Notes: generated by a model from the sequence alone, not told the origin. 64,000 nt of DNA from Thiotrichaceae bacterium UBA973 (GCA_002292815.1 DBBX01000018.1:61209-125208), one strand, 5' to 3'; counted from the stretch's first letter, positions 52,809 through 62,752 are shown. Made by a program: numbers and translations.

Positions 52809-52976
52809 TTAGAATATACAGTTCTTTGTAAAGTCAGTTGCATCGTTAGCTGTCCAATCACCTTTTGGCTTTTCTTTCATTTTTTCACACCATTCTTTGC
52901 TGCCAACTTCTGGTGCACAGCCGCTAAGTAAAAATAATGAAAATGTGAATGACATTACGATTAAAAATTTATTCAT
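52809..52976 (-). CDS. DUF3012-family small lipoprotein (55 aa), absent from the ORF track
   Basis: Manual translation MNKFLIVMSFTFSLFLLSGCAPEVGSKEWCEKMKEKPKGDWTANDATDFTKNCIF: lipobox LLSGC plus a KEWCEKMKEKPKGDWTANDA...C motif. Confidence 0.55.
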   Translation of the reverse strand: MNKFLIVMSFTFSLFLLSGCAPEVGSKEWCEKMKEKPKGDWTANDATDFTKNCIF

Positions 52977-52988
52977 GATCTTTCTCCA

Positions 52989-54266
52989 TTAATTTAATGT
53001 GGAAAATACTTTTTTTGCAGCTTCTATAGTTTCATCTATATCATCATTTGTATGCGTAATAGAGATAAATCCTGCTTCATATGATGAGGGTGCGAGATAA
53101 ACACCTTGTTTAAGCATGGCGTGAAAGAATTGATTAAATCTTTCAGTGTTACAATTCATGACTTGTTCAAATGAAGTGATCGAGTCTTCTTCTGTAAAAA
53201 ATAATCCAAACATACCGCCAACATGATTTGTGCTTAGAGGAATATTATATGCGTCGGCTTGTTCTTGTAAGCCATTCAAAAGCCTTTCTGTCTTTGTGGT
53301 TAATAGTTCATAGAAAGAGTCATCAGATATGATATTAAGCGTAGTCAAACCAGCAGCCATTGCTATTGGGTTTCCTGATAATGTACCGGCTTGGTAGACT
53401 GGACCATCTGGGGCGATGTGGTCCATTATTTCTTTTTTACCACCAAATGCACCGACTGGCATACCGCCGCCAATGACTTTGCCGAGCACTGTCAAATCGG
53501 GAGCAATCTTGTAGATTGATTGCGCGCCACCGAGTGCGACGCGAAAACCTGTCATCACTTCATCAAAGATCAAAACAGATTGATGTTCAGTGCAAACCTT
53601 TCTAAGGGTGTTTAGAAAATCGGCTGAACCGGGCACACAATTCATATTGCCCGCTATGGGTTCGACAATGATGGCGGCTATTTGGTCACCAATTTCTGAA
53701 AAAACTGTTTTTACCTGTTCTGCATCATTGTAAGAGAGCGTGATTGTATGCTGAGCCAGATCGGCTGGGACACCAGGAGAAGTAGGTACCCCAAGAGTCA
53801 GGGCTCCTGAACCTGCTTTAACTAATAACGAGTCGGCATGTCCGTGGTAACAGCCTTCAAACTTAACAATTTTATCTCTGCTTGTGTAACCGCGCGCTAG
53901 CCTGATTGCGCTCATCGCTGCTTCCGTGCCTGAACTCACCATACGTACTTTTTCAATTGAGGGCATTAGTTCACATACCTTGTCTGCCATACTAGTCTCA
54001 ATCTCTGTTGGAGCACCGAAACTGAGTCCTCTTGCTGCAGCATTTTGAACAGCCTGTATAACATCAGGATACGCATGACCCAATATCATAGGCCCCCATG
54101 AGCCGACGTAATCGATATATCGTTTATTTTCGCTATCGTATAGATAAGGACCAATAGCATGCTTAATGAAGATTGGTGTGCCTGATACTGACTTAAAAGC
54201 GCGCACCGGAGAATTTACGCCACCGGGGATATGTTTTTTTGCTGCATTGAATAATTCGTTCGCCAT
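52989..54266 (-). CDS. hemL: glutamate-1-semialdehyde 2,1-aminomutase
   Basis: 425 aa, PLP-dependent class III aminotransferase, conserved N-terminus ([19 protein letters not shown]). Confidence 0.95.
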   Translation of the reverse strand: MANELFNAAKKHIPGGVNSPVRAFKSVSGTPIFIKHAIGPYLYDSENKRYIDYVGSWGPMILGHAYPDVIQAVQNAAARGLSFGAPTEIETSMADKVCELMPSIEKVRMVSSGTEAAMSAIRLARGYTSRDKIVKFEGCYHGHADSLLVKAGSGALTLGVPTSPGVPADLAQHTITLSYNDAEQVKTVFSEIGDQIAAIIVEPIAGNMNCVPGSADFLNTLRKVCTEHQSVLIFDEVMTGFRVALGGAQSIYKIAPDLTVLGKVIGGGMPVGAFGGKKEIMDHIAPDGPVYQAGTLSGNPIAMAAGLTTLNIISDDSFYELLTTKTERLLNGLQEQADAYNIPLSTNHVGGMFGLFFTEEDSITSFEQVMNCNTERFNQFFHAMLKQGVYLAPSSYEAGFISITHTNDDIDETIEAAKKVFSTLN

Positions 54267-54276
54267 AATCTTTGTG

Positions 54277-54903
54277 CTATGTCATAAATAAATTGTTATA
54301 GGCCAATGTTGATGTGGCAGCATCTTTCGTAGAATAAATCCCATTAATGACTGCTAGATAATCAACCTCGGCGTTAATTAGTTGCTTTCCATTTTCCGGT
54401 GTTATGCCACCTATAGCAACCACAGGTATGTTAAATTTTTCTTTTGATTTAATAATCAGTTCGATATTTGCTTTGGTAGCGTCAGGTTTGGTGGTCGATG
54501 GGAAAAAAGAACCAAAAGCAATGTAATCGGCGCCAGATTTTTCTGCAAATATGGCACGATTAAAATCGTTATAACATGAAACACCGATAATTTTATCCCC
54601 AAGAACCCCTCTAGCAGTATCAATGTCTGTGTCATATTGTCCTAGGTGGATGCCATCGGCAGCTATATCTTTTGCGAGTTTCAGGTCATCATTAACGATA
54701 AACGGGGTTTTGTATTGCTGACAAAGAGACTGTAGGGCTATCGCAAGCGTTCGTTTGTTTTCTTGATCTTCAGTTTTATTGCGGTATTGGAAGAGTGCTA
54801 CGCCCACCCTTAGAATACTTTCGGTTTTATTTAATAATTCATCAGTTGTTAAATATTCACAATCTGTAATGGCATAGACGCCACCTGTGTTGGGCATATT
54901 CAT
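54277..54903 (-). CDS. thiE: thiamine-phosphate synthase
   Basis: 208 aa, ThiE fold motifs (GVYAITD..., [10 protein letters not shown]). Confidence 0.9.
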   Translation of the reverse strand: MNMPNTGGVYAITDCEYLTTDELLNKTESILRVGVALFQYRNKTEDQENKRTLAIALQSLCQQYKTPFIVNDDLKLAKDIAADGIHLGQYDTDIDTARGVLGDKIIGVSCYNDFNRAIFAEKSGADYIAFGSFFPSTTKPDATKANIELIIKSKEKFNIPVVAIGGITPENGKQLINAEVDYLAVINGIYSTKDAATSTLAYNNLFMT

Positions 54904-54933
54904 AAGGAAAGGTCAGTTGTAAGGTTGTCGTGC

Positions 54934-55716
54934 CTACTCATAGAAACGATTAGGTTGAGCTTGCCCATGACCAAGCTTCAGCCCATGTTTCAGTGATAAC
55001 CAAGTGTATTCTTGGGCTTTTTCTACCGATGTTTTCAAATCATTACCTAGTGCTAATTGTGCTGCAATCCTTGAAGATAAAGTACAGCCTGAACCATGAA
55101 ATGACTCTGGCAATCTTTCCCAATGATACTCGATAGGAGAGCCTTGTTTTGTATAGAAGGTGTTTATGACTTCATGTGTTTCAGCATGTGTGCCTGTAAT
55201 TAATACTGAATCAGCGTCATGACTCAGTAATGTGTTAGCGGCAGCAGTTAAGTTATCTTTCTGTGTAAGCAATGTCGCTTCTATACAATTTGGTGTAATA
55301 AGTGTTGTTAATGGTAACAATGACGTGAGCATTTTTTTACAAATGTCATCACCTGAAAATTGCTTTCCAGTTGTCGAGCTCATTACTGGGTCTAGTACTA
55401 CCGGTATATTTAACCCCGCCAGTTCGTTGACGATGACTTCCAAGAGCTTAATACTGCCAATCATGCCAATTTTGCAGGCAACGATGTCCATATCTTCTAA
55501 AATGAGTCTGATCTGATTTCTAAACGGTTCTGGCTTTTGTGGTATGACATCTAGAACCTTGTTTGTATTTTGGGTCGTTAGCGATGTGATTACAGTTGTA
55601 GCATGACATCCGGCACTTGAAATGCTCTCTATATCTGCCTGTATTCCGGCCCCGCCACTTGGGTCATGCCCCGCGATGACAAGCACAACAGGTTTTTGAT
55701 TATTGCTATTGGTCAT
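54934..55716 (-). CDS. thiD: hydroxymethylpyrimidine/phosphomethylpyrimidine kinase
   Basis: 260 aa, VLVIAGHDPSGGAGIQADI N-terminus, ribokinase-like fold. Confidence 0.9.
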   Translation of the reverse strand: MTNSNNQKPVVLVIAGHDPSGGAGIQADIESISSAGCHATTVITSLTTQNTNKVLDVIPQKPEPFRNQIRLILEDMDIVACKIGMIGSIKLLEVIVNELAGLNIPVVLDPVMSSTTGKQFSGDDICKKMLTSLLPLTTLITPNCIEATLLTQKDNLTAAANTLLSHDADSVLITGTHAETHEVINTFYTKQGSPIEYHWERLPESFHGSGCTLSSRIAAQLALGNDLKTSVEKAQEYTWLSLKHGLKLGHGQAQPNRFYE

Positions 55717-55778
55717 AATATCGTTATTCTACACGGCCATTATTATCACAGAAATAAAAATTAAGGAGTTGTTTGCCA

Positions 55779-55943
55779 ATGAAACAATATATGTGTGTTA
55801 TTTGCGGTTATATATATGATGAAGAAAAAGGTTGGCCGGAAGATGATATTGCCCCGGGCACCAAGTGGGAAGATGTTCCTCCTAACTGGGCGTGTCCTGA
55901 GTGCGGTGCTAGAAAAGAAGATTTTGAGATGATAGAGGTTTGA
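55779..55943 (+). CDS. rubredoxin (54 aa), absent from the ORF track
   Basis: Manual translation [54 protein letters not shown]: two CxxCG iron-binding knuckles; AAGGAG RBS 10 nt upstream. Confidence 0.8.
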   Translation: MKQYMCVICGYIYDEEKGWPEDDIAPGTKWEDVPPNWACPECGARKEDFEMIEV

Positions 55944-56007
55944 TTTGTCACACAATTATTAGTTGTTTTAAATAACAGTTCAAATCAGAGTTCAATATGA
56001 AAAGGTA

Positions 56008-58077
56008 ATGTTCCGTTTTGCTTTAACGATCTTTATTAGTGCGTTTCTGTTGTTTCAGATTCAACCAATCATTGCCAAGTATATATTACCTTGGTATGGC
56101 GGTACTGCATCGGTATGGACAGTATGCCTATTGTTTTTTCAAGCGACATTATTATTAGGATATTGTTATGCGCACATACTGCGCATATGTTTAAAAATTC
56201 ATCATCAAGCAATTGTGCATGTATTTTTGATTGTGTGTGCCTTGGCTGTCTTACCGGTTACTCCGGATCTTTCGCTCAAACCTGTAACTCCTGAAAGCCC
56301 GTTGCTCGGAATATGGATAACTCTACTTGTCACTATTGGGCTTCCATACTGCTTAATATCTGCGTCAGGACCGTTGCTCCAATATTGGTTTAAGCAAAGG
56401 TTTCCATCTTCATCTCCATATCGACTCTATGCTTTATCAAATGTTGGTTCTTTATTAGCATTATTAACCTATCCCTTTTTAATAGAACCAATATTGACGT
56501 TACAGATTCAATCTTGGTTTTGGTCGACTGGTTTTTTCGTTTATGTTCTTCTCTGTTCAAGTTGCGCATGGTCGCTTCGCTTAGTATCTGAGAAAGATGA
56601 TCCATCAAGAAGATCAGAACAATCTGTGAATAGATGGGACGATCGAATATTGTGGGTTTTATTATCGGCATCAGCAACAACTTTGTTAATGTCATCTACG
56701 AACCAGATTTGTCAGAATGTTGCGTCAGTTCCTTTTTTATGGCTTTTACCGCTGAGTTTATATTTGCTGTCATTTATTATTTGTTTTGATAGAGCAAAGT
56801 GGTATGACCGTCGTTTCTGGTTGCCAGCATTATTCATTTCAGTCCTTTTTGGTTTGTATTGTCTACTGTCCGAAAGTTCTTCATCAATTCAATTTCAGGT
56901 ATTGGTCTATTCCAGCATCCTGTTTACAGGATGTATGTCTTGTCATGGAGAAGTGGTGCGCCTCAAACCTCATCCAGATCAACTAACGATATTTTATTTG
57001 TTGATTAGCTTAGGGGGAGCATTAGGCGGCATTTTTGTTACTTTAATTGCCCCACAGATATTTAATGGCTATTGGGAATTACAATTGATTTGTTGCGTTA
57101 TCTTAATCTTATTAGGAGCGTGTGTTTTTAAAGGATTAAGTAAGAAGCATTATTGGAGCAACATAGCTATGCAAGCGGGCTGGGTAACACTGTGTGCTTG
57201 CATAGCCATGTTTTTAGTAAAGCAGGTTTTTTTGTGGAGCCAAGACATAGTTGATGTAAAACGAAATTTTTATGGCGTACTAAGAGTACAGGATATAAAA
57301 AATATCGAGGATAGTCAGTTAGACATACGCAATTTAAAGAATGGCACTATTTTACACGGCAATCAGATGATTAATGCTCAGTATACTCGCCTATGGCCAA
57401 CGACATATTACGGTTACAAAAGTGGTATTGGTATAGCAATACATGAGCATCCTAAACATCTTTTAAAGACAAACTCTAATAATGAGTTTCGGATTGGTGT
57501 GGTAGGTATGGGCGTCGCTACCATTAGTGCTTTAGCCGCTCATAATGACGTGATTAGATTTTATGAAATAAATCCATCGGTTGTAGAATTTAGTAAAAAG
57601 TATTTTACTTATTTACAAGATACTTTAGCACGTTGGGAAATTGTTCTAGGTGATGCTCGTATTTCTATGGAGCAGGAGCTTGATATTGAAAACAAGCAGA
57701 ATTTTGATGTGCTTGCCATTGATGCATTTAGTGGTGATTCAATTCCTACCCATTTATTAACAATAGAGTCATTTAAAGTTTACTGGCAACATCTAAATGA
57801 AGATGGCATTCTCGCTATCCATATATCAAACTTACATGTTGATTTACGTCCAGTAGTTCGGCAGGCTGCAGCTGCATTGAATAAATCTATGATCCTCATC
57901 AAGAATATTGCCAATTATGAGACTTCAGCGGAGACTTCCGTTTGGGTTTTAATGACCAACAACAATGACTTCTTACAACGTGACGATGTAGTGATAAATA
58001 GTTCTAATGATACTATTATTAAAAATGTAGCTTTGTGGACAGATGATTACAGTAATCTGTTTTCAGTTTTAAAATAA
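56008..58077 (+). CDS. fused polytopic membrane domain + spermidine-synthase-like (aminopropyltransferase-fold) protein
   Basis: About 12 TM helices N-terminally; C-terminal IGVVGMGVATISA...VLAIDAFSGDSIPTHLLT...DGILAIHISN resembles the SpeE catalytic fold. Confidence 0.75.
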   Translation: MFRFALTIFISAFLLFQIQPIIAKYILPWYGGTASVWTVCLLFFQATLLLGYCYAHILRICLKIHHQAIVHVFLIVCALAVLPVTPDLSLKPVTPESPLLGIWITLLVTIGLPYCLISASGPLLQYWFKQRFPSSSPYRLYALSNVGSLLALLTYPFLIEPILTLQIQSWFWSTGFFVYVLLCSSCAWSLRLVSEKDDPSRRSEQSVNRWDDRILWVLLSASATTLLMSSTNQICQNVASVPFLWLLPLSLYLLSFIICFDRAKWYDRRFWLPALFISVLFGLYCLLSESSSSIQFQVLVYSSILFTGCMSCHGEVVRLKPHPDQLTIFYLLISLGGALGGIFVTLIAPQIFNGYWELQLICCVILILLGACVFKGLSKKHYWSNIAMQAGWVTLCACIAMFLVKQVFLWSQDIVDVKRNFYGVLRVQDIKNIEDSQLDIRNLKNGTILHGNQMINAQYTRLWPTTYYGYKSGIGIAIHEHPKHLLKTNSNNEFRIGVVGMGVATISALAAHNDVIRFYEINPSVVEFSKKYFTYLQDTLARWEIVLGDARISMEQELDIENKQNFDVLAIDAFSGDSIPTHLLTIESFKVYWQHLNEDGILAIHISNLHVDLRPVVRQAAAALNKSMILIKNIANYETSAETSVWVLMTNNNDFLQRDDVVINSSNDTIIKNVALWTDDYSNLFSVLK

Positions 58078-58087
58078 ATACTTTTGA

Positions 58088-58513
58088 TTAGGTTGGCTTT
58101 ATGACAGCTAATAAAATAATGGCAATCATTATTACTACCGGAACTTCATTATACCAGCGATACCATATATGGCTGTGTTTGTTTCGATTATGTTTAAAAT
58201 CCTTTAGTAAGAGCCAGCAGTAAACATGGTAAGCAATTAAAAACAGAATCAAGACGTATTTAATTTGTAACCACAGTTGTTCACTATATGCAGACAAACC
58301 GTTACTGAATAAAGTGCATAGTCCGAAAACTATCGTTAATAGTGCTCCCGGTGTCATGATGCCGTAAAAAAGCTTACGTTCCATAATTTTGAATCTATCA
58401 ATACTGATTTTGTCGTCACTCATTGCGTGATAAACAAATAACCTTGGTAGATAGAACAGTCCGGCGAACCAGGTCACCATAAATATCAGATGTAGAGCTT
58501 TAAACCAGAGCAT
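58088..58513 (-). CDS. hemJ: protoporphyrinogen IX oxidase HemJ-family membrane protein
   Basis: 141 aa, 4 TM; N-terminus MLWFKALHLIFMVTWFAGLFYLPRLFVYHA typical of HemJ (TIGR00701). Confidence 0.75.
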   Translation of the reverse strand: MLWFKALHLIFMVTWFAGLFYLPRLFVYHAMSDDKISIDRFKIMERKLFYGIMTPGALLTIVFGLCTLFSNGLSAYSEQLWLQIKYVLILFLIAYHVYCWLLLKDFKHNRNKHSHIWYRWYNEVPVVIMIAIILLAVIKPT

Positions 58514-58525
58514 TAGTATAGTTAA

Positions 58526-59050
58526 TCATGAAATTGTTGTTGGTGGTGTTTGGAGTAATTTTTTAATCTTGATCCGGAGTTGTTCAATATCCATTTCACC
58601 AGTCTTCTGTTGAATTATATTTCCAAAAGAATCAATCAAAAAGCTTGTCGGTGTGGCACTGATATTTCCAAACGCTTTCGAAGCGACGCCTTCAATATCA
58701 AGTGCGATCGGATAAGGGATCTCTTTCCTTTCTGTTAGTTCTAGCACGCGGTTTGGTGGATCGTATGGCATTGCTATACCGATTATTTCAAGACCGTCTT
58801 TGTTAAGTTGCTTATAAAGCTCAACTAGATGAGGCATTTCTTTTATACAGGTAGAGCAAGTCGTAGACCAAAATGTCACTAGTAAGGGATTACCTCGCAA
58901 AGAACTGAATTCGATCTTTCGACCATCAATAATATTTAAACTGATGTCGGGTGCTTTATCCGGGCCTTGCGAAGAGATAAAAAGTACAAAGCTTGATAGT
59001 GCGACAATAATTAAGGTCGCTATCGTCAAGGTCAATTTGGTTTTCATCAA
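58526..59050 (-). CDS. TlpA/ResA-like thiol:disulfide oxidoreductase (thioredoxin fold), membrane-anchored
   Basis: N-terminal TM anchor; WSTTCSTC active-site CxxC. Confidence 0.75.
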   Translation of the reverse strand: MMKTKLTLTIATLIIVALSSFVLFISSQGPDKAPDISLNIIDGRKIEFSSLRGNPLLVTFWSTTCSTCIKEMPHLVELYKQLNKDGLEIIGIAMPYDPPNRVLELTERKEIPYPIALDIEGVASKAFGNISATPTSFLIDSFGNIIQQKTGEMDIEQLRIKIKKLLQTPPTTIS

Positions 59051-59692
59051 CTAATCATTCGGGGGTTCAATTGATGAATCAAGTGCCAGCGAGCTTTTAT
59101 TTCCTTTAATAAAGTCTTTGAGTGTTGAAAAAATACGTTTGATACCACGCCAGATTTTAGGTAATAACCATATCATCAATATGATAAAGAGAATGAGAAA
59201 TATAACAAAAACCAATGGGTGTGTTAGTGCCGCCCACATGCCGGCAATAACTAAGAAGTCTTCACCAAGTGAAGTGAACCAATTACTTATTGGTTCAGGA
59301 GACGAATTGATTATGACGCGGCTCCCCGCTTTGGTTGCATGAGTTGCTGCCGTTAAACTACCCCCCGCGAGAAATGCGGCGAGTTCGACAGCAGGTGTCA
59401 TTTCACCAACGGCACTCATCGCTAAAACTGCGCCAAGTGGTATGCGGATAAAAGTGTGTAGGCTGTCCCATGCAGTATCAACCCCAGGAGTTTTATCGGC
59501 AAAAAATTCCACACAATACATCAGTCCCGCAGCGGACATTACTAGTGGGTCGGTGACCACCATCATTTCTGGTGGTAAATCAATATTACCGGTACTGCCA
59601 AGATAGCCCAGCATTAAAACTGCCGCGTAAAGATTAATACCACTTGCCCATGCCACGCCCATACTAAGAGCTATATATTGAACTGTATCCAT
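59051..59692 (-). CDS. DUF4126-family membrane protein
   Basis: 213 aa polytopic protein with Gly-rich helices characteristic of DUF4126. Confidence 0.7.
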   Translation of the reverse strand: MDTVQYIALSMGVAWASGINLYAAVLMLGYLGSTGNIDLPPEMMVVTDPLVMSAAGLMYCVEFFADKTPGVDTAWDSLHTFIRIPLGAVLAMSAVGEMTPAVELAAFLAGGSLTAATHATKAGSRVIINSSPEPISNWFTSLGEDFLVIAGMWAALTHPLVFVIFLILFIILMIWLLPKIWRGIKRIFSTLKDFIKGNKSSLALDSSIEPPND

Positions 59693-59953
59693 AAATAGAT
59701 ATTCTCACTTATCGTATTATTAACAACATACCGAAATTTTACGGAATCGCAATCACACTGTGCACTAAATCGATATATGCAAATAAAAACAAGTACTTAA
59801 ATTTAAGACAGGAAGTAGTATTGATCGTTCAAAGCGTATCATTGTACGGCTAATTGATTGCTTGACAGTATTTTCATCTGGCATTAACCTCACATTCGAA
59901 TTAACTGATTTATGCAGTTATTTCATTAAAATAATAATAAAAATCGAATTCAC

Positions 59954-59976
59954 AGCGGCTCCGGCCGCTTTTTTAA
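59954..59976. terminator. orphan A-run/hairpin/T-run terminator-like element in the 489-bp argC upstream region
   Basis: agcggc-tccg-gccgct hairpin preceded by aaaataataataaaaa and followed by tttttt; no annotated gene feeds into it on either strand. Confidence 0.4.
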
Positions 59977-60181
59977 TTATCTACATAGAATTAGTGTATG
60001 TCCCGGGACGGACGTGTGTCAGGCGCCACAAGGGTTAGAAATAGTCCGATGCGACTGTATGCAGAATGTACTTAAAATTACGCTAATGTTTCCCATTCTT
60101 CGTTTAGCCAATAAAACCACGATACTCAAGTAGTTTTATTCTGTAAAATTAAAACTTTATTAAAGTAATTAAGGCAAAAAA

Positions 60182-61219
60182 ATGATCAAGGTTGGTGTTG
60201 TCGGCGCAACGGGTTATACAGGAATCGAATTACTTCGATTATTATCAAAGCATGATGCCGTTGAGTTAGTAGTTGCCACTTCAAACGCTGAAAAAGGCAA
60301 GGCTGTTCGGGATGTCTTTCCAAGCTTGCGAATGCATGTGGATCTTGAATTTGTTGGTCATGATAGTGAACTCCTGAAGTCATGTGATTTTATTTTCTTT
60401 GCAACACCCCATGCAACAGCAATGTACCATGTACCCAAACTACTTGAGCAAGGTTGTAAGATTATAGACCTTTCTGCAGATTTTAGGATTTCAAATCCAA
60501 CGTTATGGGAGCAATGGTATCAGGTAAGTCATGCGTGTCCAGAACTGCTAAACCAAGCAGTATATGGATTACCAGAATTAAATAGACAAAAAATAAAGGA
60601 CGCCAATCTGATAGCCAATCCAGGATGTTATCCAACTGCAATTACGCTTGCGTTATTGCCCGCAGTTGAAAAGGGATTAATCAACATGGGCGATATTATT
60701 GCCGACGCTAAATCGGGTGTAAGTGGTGCTGGGAGGAAAGCGGCACTAGCAACTCAATTTTCTGAGGTTTCAGAATCTTTCAAGGCATATAGTGTTTCAG
60801 GGCACAGACACTTGCCTGAAATTATGCAAACGCTAAACAATGTTCAGACAGAGTCTGAAGCTAATTTGACCTTCGTGCCTCATTTGGTCCCAATGAACAG
60901 AGGCATTTTTGCCACACTGTATGTGAAGCCAATTGAAAATGCGGAGGGGTTGCATGAGCACTATGCCGCCTATTATGCACAGGAAAAGTTTGTTGATGTG
61001 ATGCCGCAAGGTTCGCACCCAAATACTGCGTCGGTCAGAGCAACAAACTCATGCAGGATTGCTCTTCACCCCGGTAAAAATCAGTCTCAACCTACGGTAA
61101 TCCTGTCGGTAATTGATAACTTAGTGAAAGGTGCTGCCGGTCAGGCGATTCAGAACATGAATATTATGCTGGGTTTGGATGAAAGTTTGGGCTTGGCTAT
61201 GCCCGGTCTGATTCCCTAG
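60182..61219 (+). CDS. argC: N-acetyl-gamma-glutamyl-phosphate reductase
   Basis: 345 aa; VGVVGATGYTG NAD-binding motif; catalytic Cys in GCYPT. Confidence 0.95.
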   Translation: MIKVGVVGATGYTGIELLRLLSKHDAVELVVATSNAEKGKAVRDVFPSLRMHVDLEFVGHDSELLKSCDFIFFATPHATAMYHVPKLLEQGCKIIDLSADFRISNPTLWEQWYQVSHACPELLNQAVYGLPELNRQKIKDANLIANPGCYPTAITLALLPAVEKGLINMGDIIADAKSGVSGAGRKAALATQFSEVSESFKAYSVSGHRHLPEIMQTLNNVQTESEANLTFVPHLVPMNRGIFATLYVKPIENAEGLHEHYAAYYAQEKFVDVMPQGSHPNTASVRATNSCRIALHPGKNQSQPTVILSVIDNLVKGAAGQAIQNMNIMLGLDESLGLAMPGLIP

Positions 61220-61230
61220 TCAGTTTTATT

Positions 61231-61944
61231 ATGCCTAAACTAGTTGTAAAAAAGCACCGTCCGTTTGAAATTGTTTTTGCTGTCATACTGTTCAGTGGTG
61301 CGATTTCTGTCGTGATATGGTTTCTATTAGATGCGAATCATTGGCGTTCTATTAAAAGCCAGCTAATACAGAGTGAAGACTCTCGTTTACTTTGGGAGGT
61401 AAATCAAAGTCTCGATATTGAGAATAAGCAGTTGCGAGAACAGGTCGTCATACTTGAACGTTCCACTCAAATTGATAATCAGGCTGCTGCCAGATTGCAA
61501 GATGATATTAAGGCACTTCAGGATCAGGTATACAGTCTCAAGGGTGAATTAGAGTTTTATCAAGGGATTATGTCGGCAACAACAGACTCAAAGGGACTTA
61601 ATATACAGGGACTTCATATTGAAGCGACTAGACAAGAAAGTTTGTACCATTTCAAGCTTGTGTTAACCAATGTCGCAAAAAGTGATAAAATTATCGAAGT
61701 TACAATGGAGATGTCAATTGAAGGGATGAATGAAGCGGGATCCCAGGTATTATCACTAGATAAGGTGATTGCAGGCAGTAAACTTGATCGTGAAATAAAA
61801 TTTAAGAACTTTGAACGAATTGAGGGTAATCTAAACTTCCCTAAGGGCTTCAAGCCATTGCGGGTGGTGGTTGGTTTGCGACAAAAAGGTTCGCAGAAAT
61901 CAACGGTAAAAAGAGTATTTGAATGGCCTGCTAAAGCAGGTTGA
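61231..61944 (+). CDS. hypothetical membrane-anchored coiled-coil protein (DUF6776-like)
   Basis: N-terminal TM helix, central coiled coil; conserved position between argC and bactofilin. Confidence 0.6.
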   Translation: MPKLVVKKHRPFEIVFAVILFSGAISVVIWFLLDANHWRSIKSQLIQSEDSRLLWEVNQSLDIENKQLREQVVILERSTQIDNQAAARLQDDIKALQDQVYSLKGELEFYQGIMSATTDSKGLNIQGLHIEATRQESLYHFKLVLTNVAKSDKIIEVTMEMSIEGMNEAGSQVLSLDKVIAGSKLDREIKFKNFERIEGNLNFPKGFKPLRVVVGLRQKGSQKSTVKRVFEWPAKAG

Positions 61945-61954
61945 GGAGTAAAAC

Positions 61955-62371
61955 ATGCTCGGAAGGTCTAAGAAACGTAAAGCAACACGCATCGACACGC
62001 TGGTTGGGCAACATAGTGAAGTACAAGGCGATATCCGGTTTACTGGTGGACTGCATGTCGATGGCACCATCAAAGGGAATGTCATCGCTGAAAACGATGG
62101 GCGTTCTATGTTGTCACTCAGTGAGTGTGGAACAATTGAAGGTGAAGTAAGCGTTCCATATGTCGTTATAAATGGCGTTGTAATTGGTGATGTGCATGGC
62201 AGTGAGCATGTGGAACTTGCATCTAAAGCAAGAGTCACAGGTAATGTGTACTATAATCTTATAGAGATGGCGATAGGTGCGGAAGTCAACGGGAAACTGG
62301 TCCACTCACTCGAGCCGAGTGAATCCCCATTAGCAATTGGCCATGGTGAACCGCTTGAAGCCAGTGAATAA
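61955..62371 (+). CDS. bactofilin-family cytoskeletal protein
   Basis: Beta-helical repeat pattern (GDIRFTGGLHVDGTIKGNV...GEVSV...VVINGVVIGDV) typical of bactofilin/CcmA. Confidence 0.8.
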   Translation: MLGRSKKRKATRIDTLVGQHSEVQGDIRFTGGLHVDGTIKGNVIAENDGRSMLSLSECGTIEGEVSVPYVVINGVVIGDVHGSEHVELASKARVTGNVYYNLIEMAIGAEVNGKLVHSLEPSESPLAIGHGEPLEASE

Positions 62372-62395
62372 TAATCATTAATTGGATATAAAACT

Positions 62396-62752
62396 ATGAG
62401 TACAGCAGCAGAAGAAGTAATCCCAGGCCCACTCGTGTTTAGCGAGGCAGCGGCCAGTAAGGTTAAAGAACTTATCGAAGAGGAAGGTAACGAGGAATTA
62501 AAGTTACGCGTCTTTATCTCCGGCGGTGGTTGTTCTGGATTTCAATATGGGTTTACCTTCGACGAGGAAGTTGGTGAAGGTGACACTATCGTTGAAAATG
62601 AAGGAGTTAAATTGTTGGTTGATCCTATGAGCTTTCAATATCTATCGGGTGCAGAGATTGATTATTCTGAAGGAATGGAAGGTGCGCAATTTGTTATCCG
62701 TAATCCTAACGCAGAAACTACCTGCGGTTGTGGCTCATCTTTTTCAGTTTGA
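62396..62752 (+). CDS. erpA: iron-sulfur cluster insertion protein ErpA (HesB/IscA family)
   Basis: 118 aa; GGGCSGFQY and C-terminal CGCGSSF cysteine ligands. Confidence 0.9.
   Translation: MSTAAEEVIPGPLVFSEAAASKVKELIEEEGNEELKLRVFISGGGCSGFQYGFTFDEEVGEGDTIVENEGVKLLVDPMSFQYLSGAEIDYSEGMEGAQFVIRNPNAETTCGCGSSFSV

Noticed and set aside
55717-55778. TPP riboswitch upstream of the thiD-thiE operon
   Set aside because: Only 62 bp are available between the thiD start and the rubredoxin gene, and no CUGAGA / ACCUGAUCUGGAUAAUGCCAGCGUAGGGA-like THI-box sequence is present on the minus strand.
59930-59960. ARG box (ArgR operator) upstream of argC around AAAATCGAATTCAC
   Set aside because: Only one partial TGAAT/ATTCA half-site is recognisable; there is no convincing 18-bp tandem palindromes.
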